NCBI GenBank assembly: GCA_963765495.1
Contig: CAVXWP010000008.1
Location: 608,001-672,000 of the forward strand
DNA from: Blastocatellia bacterium
Lineage (GTDB): Bacteria; Acidobacteriota; Blastocatellia; UBA7656
Reading direction: 5' to 3'
DNA: 64,000 nt
Shown here: positions 30,796 through 39,961 of the stretch, in pieces
How positions within the stretch are numbered: the stretch's first letter is position 1
Layout of the letters: each line of letters starts with the position of its first letter
Translations under genes and position numbers: made by a program
The notes under the pieces: generated by a model
The model's input: only the letters and a program-made list of their open reading frames with translations
Told to the model about the DNA's origin: nothing
Databases searched by the model: none

Positions 30796-32619
30796 TCAAG
30801 GCCGAGCAAAGACTATCGGCTGGGCGGAGCTAATTCCCTTCCCTTCCTGAATAACTATCTCTTGATTGGCACCAACATCGGACAGATTATCCACCTTTCC
30901 TGAAGGCCATGCCACCTCTATCGAAGCGATCTTGTCTGCTTTGCCGAGTCCGAAGGTCAAAGGCAATTCGCTCGTCGAGGCATAGCTCGACCCGGTCTTC
31001 ACTACCTGCCACAACTTTACCCCGCTTGTGAGCTTCAACGTGACCTTTGCGCCTATCCCGTCGCGATTCGACTGAGTGCCCACGGTCTTTATTCGAAGCA
31101 GATTGTTCTGGTTTCCTCCGTCGTTTCGAATCAAACGGGCCGGTCCGTTGTTAGTAGAGATAAGGAGGTCCTGGTCTCCGTCATTATCGAAATCGCCATA
31201 GGCCGCGCCTCGCGATACCATAGCGACCTGAAGCGCCTGCCCGAGTTTCGGTGCCATCTCTTCAAATTTTTTCTTACCGAGATTGCGGAACAGATGAGGC
31301 GGCTCGGCATACTTTACCTTTGGCTGCACCTTGTTTATGTCGTCGGATACATGGCCGTTTGCGGCAAAGATGTCGGGCAATCCGTCCAGATCGTAATCGA
31401 AAAAGAAGCAGGCGAAAGAGAGCGTCAAAAGCGACGACTGGCCTATGGCCGAAGTCGGGGCCTCGTCTATAAACAACCCCGTCCCCTCGTTGTGATAAAG
31501 CGCCATCATCTCGTTTGAAAAATTGCCGATGATAAGCCCCTGTCGGCCCGATCCGTCGTAATCGGCCGCGTCAACTCCCATGCCTGCGCGGGCGGCCCCT
31601 GTCTCGCTGAAGGCGACTCCCGCCGTCATCGCCTCATCCGTAAATGTGCCGTCGCCCTTGTTTCTGTAAAGCTTGTTCGGCTGAGTGTCGTTGGCCACAA
31701 ACAGGTCGGTCCAGCCGTCGCCGTCATAATCGATCAGAGCCACGCCCAGAGACTTCGAGCTTGGATCTTTCAGCCCGGCGCGTTCGGTAGCGTTCTCAAA
31801 CGTCCCGTCGCCCTTGTTGTGGTAAAGCGTAGAGCTTTGTCCCTTGTAGGACTCGGGCGTGCAATATGACTTGTTCTTGCCGTCGAGCGTGCAGACAAGG
31901 TCTTTTTCAATCGTCCACTCGACATAGTTGCAGACAAACAGATCGAGTTTGCCGTCCTTGTCATAATCGAAAAAGGCCGCGCTTGTCGAAAAGCCGGGGT
32001 CCGCGACACCTGCCTTTGCGCCCACCTCAAGAAAACGGCGTCCGCCCTCGTTATGAAAGAGGCGATTGGCTCCGAGACAGGTGATATAAATGTCGTCGAA
32101 ACCGTCATTATCATAATCGGCCACGCTACAGCCTATCCCGTACATCTCTACGCCGAGCCCGGCTTCTTTCGTCACATCGGTAAAAGTGCCGTTGCGGTTG
32201 TTGTGATAAAGAGCCGGGAAAGATTGCGCTCCCTTATGATCAGGCCAGTTCATCGAATTCACGAGCAGGATGTCCTGCCAGCCGTCTGCGTCGTAATCGA
32301 GAAAGGCACAGCCAGACCCTACGGTTTCCGGCAGGTACTTCTTTCCATAAGCGCCGTTGTTGTGTTTGAATCGAATGCCTGCCTGCGAGGTTACATCGGT
32401 AAACTCGATGGGTCCCGTGTAGCGCGCGGCATCCGTTGGCGCGAGGGCTTCTACCTGCTGCGGTTGTTGTTCCGAGGCGTCAGCAGAACTTGCTTCCTGC
32501 TTCGCCCCTCCGTTTGTCGGAGTGTCGTCGGCCGTCGGAGCCTTTACGCATCCGAAAAGAGATAACGGCAATATGATTAAGAGGAATATGCTGATTAGCT
32601 TCTTTTGCATATGATTCAC
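30796..32619 (-). CDS. CRTAC1-family lipoprotein (FG-GAP repeats plus ASPIC/UnbV domain)
   Basis: Lipobox LFGC; repeated DYDxDGxxD motifs; SRGAAYGDFDNDGD; SNRDGIGA...TFGLG...WPSG. Confidence 0.88.
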   Translation of the reverse strand: MNHMQKKLISIFLLIILPLSLFGCVKAPTADDTPTNGGAKQEASSADASEQQPQQVEALAPTDAARYTGPIEFTDVTSQAGIRFKHNNGAYGKKYLPETVGSGCAFLDYDADGWQDILLVNSMNWPDHKGAQSFPALYHNNRNGTFTDVTKEAGLGVEMYGIGCSVADYDNDGFDDIYITCLGANRLFHNEGGRRFLEVGAKAGVADPGFSTSAAFFDYDKDGKLDLFVCNYVEWTIEKDLVCTLDGKNKSYCTPESYKGQSSTLYHNKGDGTFENATERAGLKDPSSKSLGVALIDYDGDGWTDLFVANDTQPNKLYRNKGDGTFTDEAMTAGVAFSETGAARAGMGVDAADYDGSGRQGLIIGNFSNEMMALYHNEGTGLFIDEAPTSAIGQSSLLTLSFACFFFDYDLDGLPDIFAANGHVSDDINKVQPKVKYAEPPHLFRNLGKKKFEEMAPKLGQALQVAMVSRGAAYGDFDNDGDQDLLISTNNGPARLIRNDGGNQNNLLRIKTVGTQSNRDGIGAKVTLKLTSGVKLWQVVKTGSSYASTSELPLTFGLGKADKIASIEVAWPSGKVDNLSDVGANQEIVIQEGKGISSAQPIVFARP

Positions 32620-35498
32620 CTTGATTGAACGTAGGTCTTGCCGGGCTTTTTCGGCCTCTGCGCCTGATACCCGGGGGTCTGTTTGCGAGCCGAGTCAAGA
32701 GCAGACTGATGCTCGTGAATCTGCTGCCGCTCGTTGTTGTCTTCGGGATGAAGCTTGCGATAGGGACCGGTTATAAACTGCGCCGTTTCGTCGGCCTTGA
32801 ATCGCTTGTAAAGCGTCTGTTCGCTTGCGGCAAGCTCGGAATTGCCGAGCCCCTGATAACAGAGCATCAGATTATAATGCGCCTGCAAGTCTTCCGGGTC
32901 TATTTTGAGAACCTTCTTAAACTCCTCGATTGACTCTTTATACTGGCGTTTGAGAAAGAGTATGCGCCCTATCTGATTCACAACCACTCGATCACGCGGA
33001 TACTGAGCGGCGGCAAATCGCAGATGATCCAGCGCCTCATCGTATCGCCCCATTGGCTTGATCGCCATCGCCAGGAAGAAGTGAGTCTTCGCCAGTTGGG
33101 GATTGACTTCGAGCGCCTTTCGAAGCACCCCTTCTGCCGCCTGCATATTTCCTTCCTGGATTCGCGCGCGGGCTATGTTGACCCATCCGTCCGCATACTC
33201 GGGCTCCATCTCGGTCACTTTCAAAAAGGCCGCCTCGGCTCCCTTGATGTCGCCCTGTAAAAGCAAGCCTATCCCGTAATCGTTCCATCGCTCGCGGACC
33301 GACCTGTCCAGATACGGCTTTGTTTCAGGCACGGGCGCATCTTTTGGAAGGACCGTCAAAGAAGCCTCGTTATAAGCCATCACGGTAATCGGGATATTGG
33401 GTATCGCTTTGATCTTGCCCGATACGTTCGAAGTGTCCCCCGTAAATACCCATCGCCCGTCATCGTATCCCGGACCAATCGCGTACCCCGTGTGTTCAGG
33501 GTCGCGCACCCCTGCAAAGGCCCATTGCGTGTTCCACCAGGAGAATTTGCGATAATTGACCTTCGCCCTGAGATAGATTTTATCGCCGCAGTTTTCAGGA
33601 ATGTTTAACCGATAATGGATCGTGTCGGCCGCGCCGGGCGGAATCAATCTGACGTAAGCGACCGAACGCGTGGCCCAGGCATTGCGTTTGTTTATTACGT
33701 TGCCGTGCTCGTCAAGCATTCGGCTTCGATAAAAATGCGCCCCCTCATCGACCGGCCCGCGTCCACCGTCTTCGACCATCCCGCTGTGAAATATCGGCTG
33801 CCCACGGTCGTCGAATGCTTCCAGCTCTACCCACACGTCAAAGGCGTCAACTGTTCCTCCGGGAAAGAAATGGCCGACCTTGCGAGTTCGCAAAACCACT
33901 TCAACACGAACCGATTCGCCTCGTCTTACCGCCGCATCTACTTTGCCCAGCGGGCCTACAACCTCGACCGGCTTCGAGATGAGCGCCTGTTGCGCCCCAA
34001 AATTCATAGACTCTTCGCCCACTCCGAATGTGCTTGCTATTCGCGGCTCTTCCTGAGACTGATTCTTCCTTGCGACAGGCTCTTCGGGCGCATCCGTGCG
34101 GGCAAATCCGAAAATATCAATCGAGACCTGATTATCCTTCAGAAAATCCTGAATTACCTTTATCTGCGTCTCGTCCTGATTGACAAACGGCACAGCAGTG
34201 TTTGCTCCGGGGAATCGGTGCGAATGCACTTTCCCGTCAGTGGCTGCCGGGTCGTTTGCCTCTACGAGCGGCATGTGACAATCGGCGCATTTTTGCGGCT
34301 TGGGCGGGTAGTAGAACGAGCGAGCGCCTTCGCCCGATACGCCCGAAGCCTGCCAGTTGTCGTATTCGTTAAATCCGCGAAACCAGCGATAACCGTTGAC
34401 GGGCACATCAAGGTGGACCTTGTGACAGGACGAGCAGAATTCCGGCGTCTGATCCGTATGAAACTCCTTCAGGAAAGTAGCCTTGTGCGGCTGCGGGTCA
34501 ATAAACAGGAGCTTGTCGTGCATCCACTGGAGGTACTTGTTCTTGCTCACGGCCAGATCGTGGAGCGGCGGGTATTCGATAGTGAAATCGGCCTGTCCCA
34601 TCGTGCTCTTGACGTGGACGATTGAATGGCAGGAAGTACAACTCAAACCGTTTTGCGCTTCGGGCGTATTGATCTGCTCTTTTATAGGCTTATCAAACCG
34701 CCCGTTGAAAAAGACCGCGTGGTCGTGGCAGCCCGCACACCATTTCGACGGCTGTGTGCCTATTGTGTCCTGCATGTACTCGACAGATTTCCGGTACCAC
34801 TGATTGTTAAAGGAGGCAAAATGGTGAGCCGACGAGTTCCATTGATCGTAAATCGCCTTATGACACCTGGCGCAGTCTTCGCTCGTCATGAAGAAAGTAG
34901 AAGGGATGGTGCCTCCGACATTCGTCTCGGCCGAGGACGGAAAGAACGGCTTGCCGGGGCCGCCGCCCTCTCCTTCCATCGTAGGCGGCGGGCTATCGGG
35001 ATTGATGACCCTCCCGCGCGATGGCATTGCATAATGGTTGAAAGCCGTCGTAGCGACCGGAAAAATGAAAATGAAGATGACAATGCACAGATAAACCAGC
35101 CGCCTCTGGCTTGACGCGATATAGCTGCGTGTGTGCGAGAAGATATAGATCAAAAGTGGGATAGACCCCGCAACAGCCAGAGCTATGTGAGCATAAAGCA
35201 CCCACCTGTACTGCTTTATCGACCCGTACTTCATTATAAACATGCCGAGCGCAGTGCTTATTGCCAGAGCCCCGGCCCCGATTTTCACAAAGAGCGGGAA
35301 CTCGGCAAAACGCCTGAAGAAATAGAGCGCAAACAAAAGGGCCAGCCCAAGCCCCAGGCCCATGTGAAAGACTACGTTTCCGAAGTAGAAAAGCGTAGGG
35401 TCGGCATAAGCGGCGAGGTACGAGCTATTTACGAGCAGGATGAAGAAACCTATGACCAGTAATTTCGCAGTCATATTGCCGGCATTGCGGGAAATCAT
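32616..35498 (-). CDS. Membrane-anchored multiheme cytochrome c (c554-like) with C-terminal TPRs
   Basis: About four N-terminal TM helices; five CxxCH motifs (CARCH, CAGCH, CTSCH, CSSCH, CADCH); TPRs; GGAGG RBS before ATG 35498. Confidence 0.85.
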   Translation of the reverse strand: MISRNAGNMTAKLLVIGFFILLVNSSYLAAYADPTLFYFGNVVFHMGLGLGLALLFALYFFRRFAEFPLFVKIGAGALAISTALGMFIMKYGSIKQYRWVLYAHIALAVAGSIPLLIYIFSHTRSYIASSQRRLVYLCIVIFIFIFPVATTAFNHYAMPSRGRVINPDSPPPTMEGEGGGPGKPFFPSSAETNVGGTIPSTFFMTSEDCARCHKAIYDQWNSSAHHFASFNNQWYRKSVEYMQDTIGTQPSKWCAGCHDHAVFFNGRFDKPIKEQINTPEAQNGLSCTSCHSIVHVKSTMGQADFTIEYPPLHDLAVSKNKYLQWMHDKLLFIDPQPHKATFLKEFHTDQTPEFCSSCHKVHLDVPVNGYRWFRGFNEYDNWQASGVSGEGARSFYYPPKPQKCADCHMPLVEANDPAATDGKVHSHRFPGANTAVPFVNQDETQIKVIQDFLKDNQVSIDIFGFARTDAPEEPVARKNQSQEEPRIASTFGVGEESMNFGAQQALISKPVEVVGPLGKVDAAVRRGESVRVEVVLRTRKVGHFFPGGTVDAFDVWVELEAFDDRGQPIFHSGMVEDGGRGPVDEGAHFYRSRMLDEHGNVINKRNAWATRSVAYVRLIPPGAADTIHYRLNIPENCGDKIYLRAKVNYRKFSWWNTQWAFAGVRDPEHTGYAIGPGYDDGRWVFTGDTSNVSGKIKAIPNIPITVMAYNEASLTVLPKDAPVPETKPYLDRSVRERWNDYGIGLLLQGDIKGAEAAFLKVTEMEPEYADGWVNIARARIQEGNMQAAEGVLRKALEVNPQLAKTHFFLAMAIKPMGRYDEALDHLRFAAAQYPRDRVVVNQIGRILFLKRQYKESIEEFKKVLKIDPEDLQAHYNLMLCYQGLGNSELAASEQTLYKRFKADETAQFITGPYRKLHPEDNNERQQIHEHQSALDSARKQTPGYQAQRPKKPGKTYVQSR

Positions 35499-35988
35499 TT
35501 TTTCCTCCGGTTGTCCGATCAGACCTCGGATACAACAAGGCACTTGAAATCAATATTTATTGTCTTGCGATTTTGAACTTGCCTGTCGGCATCCCTTTGA
35601 GCGGGGCCTATTATAAAGGAAAGCCCTCCAAAGATAAACCTCAGTTCGCGCATCTGTTGTTTCCCTTCTTGCATTCTCAGTGCCGATTAACTTTCAGAAA
35701 TGGCCCTGCGCATTTCTCGCCTTTTTGCGAAGCGCACAAAGTACGCAAGGTTATTTCATAAAGCAATTGGTGGTTTCCTGCCGTAGAGCAGGTAAATCTG
35801 AGAAAAAAAATGGCTCTGTGCATTCTCAAACTTTTTGGTTATTATTTTGCTGTCCGTTTGTAAGATAACACTCCAGGTGCGAGCTCTACTTGAACACTGA
35901 TGCGCCTCAATAAACGCATTCCCGTTCGAGCCTGACTCTTCTACTTTTTTCGCGTTCGTTTGGCCGTCAGATCAGGAGGAAACCAGGA

Positions 35989-36255
35989 ATGTCCATCCCC
36001 TCATTCTCGGGTGATAAGATATGGTGCCCGCTCTGTAATAGTTTTCTCAAATTCATCCAGGTACGGAGCGCCGCAAAGCTCATAGACGTTCATAGAAGAA
36101 CCATCCATCGGTACATAGAAGATGGGAGAGTCTATGCAATCAAAGTGGCAGGGACAAGCTACCGCGTTTGTTGTGGATGCCTGTTGTCGCCAGAAACCCG
36201 CCCTCTCGAAAACCTTCGCAAAAAAAGTGTGACAAAGCGGGACATTGAGGGTTGA
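35989..36255 (+). CDS. Small excisionase-like (MerR/HTH_17) DNA-binding protein flanked by CxxC motifs
   Basis: AGGAGG RBS; WCPLC...VRSAAKLIDVHRRTIHRYIEDGRV...RVCCGC. Confidence 0.7.
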   Translation: MSIPSFSGDKIWCPLCNSFLKFIQVRSAAKLIDVHRRTIHRYIEDGRVYAIKVAGTSYRVCCGCLLSPETRPLENLRKKSVTKRDIEG

Positions 36256-36462
36256 ACCGAGTGTAATGTTCGATATATTATGCTTGAGCCGAATCAGGGG
36301 TTCCGATCTGCTCGATAGTGGCCAGCGGCCTGGATTGAATAATATACTCCCCCACCCAGCATTGGGGGCTTATTCACCTTGAATAGCTTGATGTTCTGCG
36401 GGTCTTAGGTTCCCAGGGAATCTGTCTCGCGTAAAGAGACCCCTAAAGACCCGGGGAGGCAC

Positions 36463-37548
36463 ATGAAAATATCGGCCAGAACATTTTTCCTCCTGCTTCT
36501 CACCTTTGCATCCTTGCCGGGATTTGCTCAACACGAGTTTGCTCAGACGCAAAAAAATCCGGGTAACACGCTATCTGACGGTAAGACCGTCGTCGCATCA
36601 TTGAACGACAGGCATATAACCAAAGAAGAGGTTGATGGATTGATTGGTTCTCAACTATTCGAACTGCAGGAAAAGATATACAACCTGCGCAAGGCCGCTA
36701 TCGACAAACTGTTAACAGGAATCCTCCTGGAGGAGGAGGCCAGGTCAAGAGGAATAACAGTTGAAGAGCTACAGCGCCAATTTATACCGGAAAACCCTCC
36801 AATCGAACCCGACCGCATAGACGAAGCATATCTCGAAAATGCCGGAGCTGTGAGCGGGATGAATGAGGCTGAGGCAAGACAGAGAATCAAACTGGATCTT
36901 GAAGCACAACTCAAAATGAAGGAGTATAAGGCTGCCATAGATAGCCTCAGAAACAAGGCCCGCATCACTATCTTTATTACTGCCCCTATCGCTCCCAGGA
37001 TGAGTCTTAGCCCTGATGGACCCGTTAGAGGAAACAAAGATGCAGCGATAACCATCATTGAGTTTTCAGACTTCCAATGCCCTTATTGCAAACAGGCGAC
37101 CGCCATACTCGATCAGGTTTTGCAAAGTTATGACGGTGAGGTAAGACTCGTCTTTAAGCATATGCCCCTGGGAATCCACCCGGAGGCCCTCAACGCCGCC
37201 AGGGCCGCCTACTGCGCCGACCGACAGGGGCAATTTTGGGGCTATCATGATCGCCTTTTCGAGTCAGGGCAACTCGATATCGAATCGCTCAGACAGCAGG
37301 CCGTCCGTATTGGACTGAAGACTACTGAATTCGACAGATGCCTGGAATCAGACGGCAGTCGCGCCGCAGTTTTAGCGGATATGTTGCAGGCAAAACGGGC
37401 TAACGTGCAGGGAACTCCCAGTTTCTTTGTGAACGGGAGACTTTTAAGGGGGGCCAGGGGCATAGAAGATTTCAAGAAAGTGATTGATGAAGAACTTGAA
37501 AGAACAAGAAAGGAAAACCGAACTAAAGTAAATGGGGCTCCAAAATAG
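36463..37548 (+). CDS. DsbA/thioredoxin-fold oxidoreductase with SurA-N-like helical domain
   Basis: Signal peptide; IIEFSDFQCPYC, FKHMPL and cis-Pro loop GTPSFFVNG; RBS GGAGG. Confidence 0.9.
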   Translation: MKISARTFFLLLLTFASLPGFAQHEFAQTQKNPGNTLSDGKTVVASLNDRHITKEEVDGLIGSQLFELQEKIYNLRKAAIDKLLTGILLEEEARSRGITVEELQRQFIPENPPIEPDRIDEAYLENAGAVSGMNEAEARQRIKLDLEAQLKMKEYKAAIDSLRNKARITIFITAPIAPRMSLSPDGPVRGNKDAAITIIEFSDFQCPYCKQATAILDQVLQSYDGEVRLVFKHMPLGIHPEALNAARAAYCADRQGQFWGYHDRLFESGQLDIESLRQQAVRIGLKTTEFDRCLESDGSRAAVLADMLQAKRANVQGTPSFFVNGRLLRGARGIEDFKKVIDEELERTRKENRTKVNGAPK

Positions 37549-37576
37549 CCGCTGGAAATTAGCTATCTGCGGCGGC

Positions 37577-37608
37577 CCGGTGGTGGGAATTTCCGGTGGT
37601 GGGAATTT
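37577..37608. repeat. Perfect tandem duplication, 2 x 16 bp (CCGGTGGTGGGAATTT)
   Basis: Read directly from the sequence between the DsbA gene and the next gene. Confidence 0.85.
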
Positions 37609-37644
37609 ATTGATCTTAACCGAAAGAATAAGTGAGGTGCAAAA

Positions 37645-38349
37645 TTGAAGACTCTGAAAATTGCAGCGATAATGATGGCAGGTTCTTTTATGTTTCAGGC
37701 GCAGGCTTCAAGAGCTATATTCGCACAACAGCAGAATCTCCATCGTGTTGTGATCACTTCTAGAGGGGCAGATATACAGGCCAACGCTCCTGATTTTGCT
37801 CTTCTAATTCGCGCCTATGGGAAACTGGCTAAGTTCATCAAGGCCGGTAATGCACGTACGACCTCAGGCGGGCAAAACAGGAAACAAATCGAGGCTGACG
37901 ACATAAGATTTGAGATATGGAACGTGCACACAGGCCCTGTTGAAGAGATTTACGACAGACCTTATGGCCAGTTGGTGACAAAACCGAGCGGTAATATACT
38001 TCAGATCGTACCTGGCACAGTCAGTCGAAACGGGAGGCCTGCCCGGGTGCTCTATCAGGCAGCATGGGCGGCTAATGAGTTACCAGAGGTTCCCACCGAA
38101 GACTGGGATAAGATAACCGTGAGAAAGGTTCTCGCCGGGATGGAAAAGGAAATGCCTCCTGCGAAAACCTACACCTCTTATGAAGTTAGAATTCAATTCA
38201 AGGGGCAAGCGCGAAGTTACGCTGCGGTAGCGTTTCATCACAAGGCGCTTTCGGATTCTGATGCCCCGATAATCAGTTTTACAGATAACATTGTCGGTCA
38301 ATCGGCTTTAACAAGGGCTTATCTTGAAACGCTTCCGGCTGTTGAATGA
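37645..38349 (+). CDS. Secreted hypothetical protein; stand-alone copy of the N-domain of the 38688-39911 protein
   Basis: TTG start after GAGGTG; signal peptide; aligned blocks shared with the downstream paralog; no Cys. Confidence 0.8.
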   Translation: MKTLKIAAIMMAGSFMFQAQASRAIFAQQQNLHRVVITSRGADIQANAPDFALLIRAYGKLAKFIKAGNARTTSGGQNRKQIEADDIRFEIWNVHTGPVEEIYDRPYGQLVTKPSGNILQIVPGTVSRNGRPARVLYQAAWAANELPEVPTEDWDKITVRKVLAGMEKEMPPAKTYTSYEVRIQFKGQARSYAAVAFHHKALSDSDAPIISFTDNIVGQSALTRAYLETLPAVE

Positions 38350-38404
38350 TCGAATCGTCCTCTCGATTTCAGACAACCCGGATGCCGCAGGGTCACATTA
38401 TGCC

Positions 38405-38493
38405 TGTCTCCGCAGTGTGGAAACGGCGGTGATGTTGCTCAGAAACTCCGAGTATCGCAGGTGATCTATTGGTTGCGTCCACAGGCGGAGACA
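38405..38493. other. Long imperfect stem-loop between the two paralogs
   Basis: TGTCTCCGC/GCGGAGACA, TGTGGA/TCCACA and an inner TGCTC/GAGTA pairing. Confidence 0.5.
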
Positions 38494-38687
38494 TATAAGT
38501 ATAAATTTGAGCCGGGCGCTCTGGTTCATCCGTCCTCATCCCTGTTCATCAGGCGTTGCAGGATAAGTGTTGTTTTTTGACTGCTGTCCAAACCTCGCAA
38601 GTTCAGACCGGATAAGAAGCCGAGTTGTTATATCTGGTCTATAAGACAACCTATTCCCCCATCACCCAGGTTCAAGGAGAAATTAAC

Positions 38688-39911
38688 ATGAAAAGAATAG
38701 CAAGAGCATTTTGGGTAACCATATGTGTGTTTTCAGTGATCAGTTTCTCTTCTACAATAAGCATTGCATCCGGCGACACAGACGGAGACAAGGAAACTTC
38801 GATTCGGAAAGCTTATGAAAGGCTGAGCTTGTATAATACGGCTGCCAACCGTGAAATCTCTGCGGAGAGGGAGATAGCCTATACTCCAGAAACCGATCTA
38901 AAGTTTGAGTTATCCAATTTTCAGACTGGCCCGATTGAAGATATTGCCGCAAGGCCCATCGGTGCGCTCGTTACGAGACCCTCGGGAGATGTCATCGAGG
39001 TAACAACTCATGAACACAGTTACCAGGGAGGTCCTTCGCATGTCATTTATGAAGCGAAGTGGATCACAAGTGAATATAATGCAAGTCAGGTTGAAGATTG
39101 GGACAACACATCCATAAATCAGGTACTGGGACTGACAGGCAATTCGGACGCAAACGAATATGTATCCTATGAGGTTCGAATGTGGTTTGAGGGCAAAGCT
39201 CGAAGCTATCAGGCAATGGCTCTTTATTCCACTATCCCACAATCCGGGGTGAAGCCAAAGGTGCTCCTGTTGGATAACATAATAGGAGTGCCCGCCATAA
39301 ATCAGGTTTTATCCGAGGAGCGCCCACCAATGAGGGCCCCCTGGTTTAAGTATGTTAAGAGCAAACAATACGGCGAGTATCTCCAGGCATTTCAGCAGGC
39401 TGACGGAGACTACGCAAGGGCTAACGAAATTGTGAAGCCCTCCGAAGGGGCCGGAGGTGAGTATTGGGAACCCGAAGAGATGGAATCCCACGGCGAAGTC
39501 CCCCCATCATTTGCACAATGCCCGCCGCAGACTTTTTTGGGGCCTCTGACAGGAAGGTCTCGTGGCGGCACCGAGTATCATACCTTTGGACAGCACAAAG
39601 TTGAGAGCCAGATGCAAGGAAGATGTGAAGACGATGAAACATGTCAGACCACCTGCATGGTTCAATTGTTGAGTACGAATCTCAAAGACACCGGCCTTGC
39701 CCTCACCTGTCATGCATTTGGGCAAAATGTAAAATACGACGACGCGAGCGGTTATAGACCCTTAAGTTGTAAAGCGACCTATGGCGCTGCCGTCAAGGCA
39801 TGCCTTTTTTGCCTATGCAACGTTACCGTTGAGATTTTGGGGACAACGGTTGTATCAGATGGATTCTGGAACTTTGACCAGAGTGTATCCTATGACTGTT
39901 GTCATCATTGA
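38688..39911 (+). CDS. Secreted hypothetical protein: shared N-domain, acidic linker and Cys/His-rich C-terminal domain
   Basis: AAGGAG RBS; signal peptide MKRIARAFW...; 11 Cys in the last ~130 aa; ends DCCHH. Confidence 0.85.
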   Translation: MKRIARAFWVTICVFSVISFSSTISIASGDTDGDKETSIRKAYERLSLYNTAANREISAEREIAYTPETDLKFELSNFQTGPIEDIAARPIGALVTRPSGDVIEVTTHEHSYQGGPSHVIYEAKWITSEYNASQVEDWDNTSINQVLGLTGNSDANEYVSYEVRMWFEGKARSYQAMALYSTIPQSGVKPKVLLLDNIIGVPAINQVLSEERPPMRAPWFKYVKSKQYGEYLQAFQQADGDYARANEIVKPSEGAGGEYWEPEEMESHGEVPPSFAQCPPQTFLGPLTGRSRGGTEYHTFGQHKVESQMQGRCEDDETCQTTCMVQLLSTNLKDTGLALTCHAFGQNVKYDDASGYRPLSCKATYGAAVKACLFCLCNVTVEILGTTVVSDGFWNFDQSVSYDCCHH

Positions 39912-39961
39912 CGAACTTTAGGCATTCTGTCCTAACTCGAAATGTTCGATAAATTTAACGC

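Noticed and set aside
35989-39911. Cassette as a prophage, ICE or integron
   Set aside because: No integrase, att repeats, phage genes or attC-type RYYYAAC/GTTRRRY ends seen in the window.
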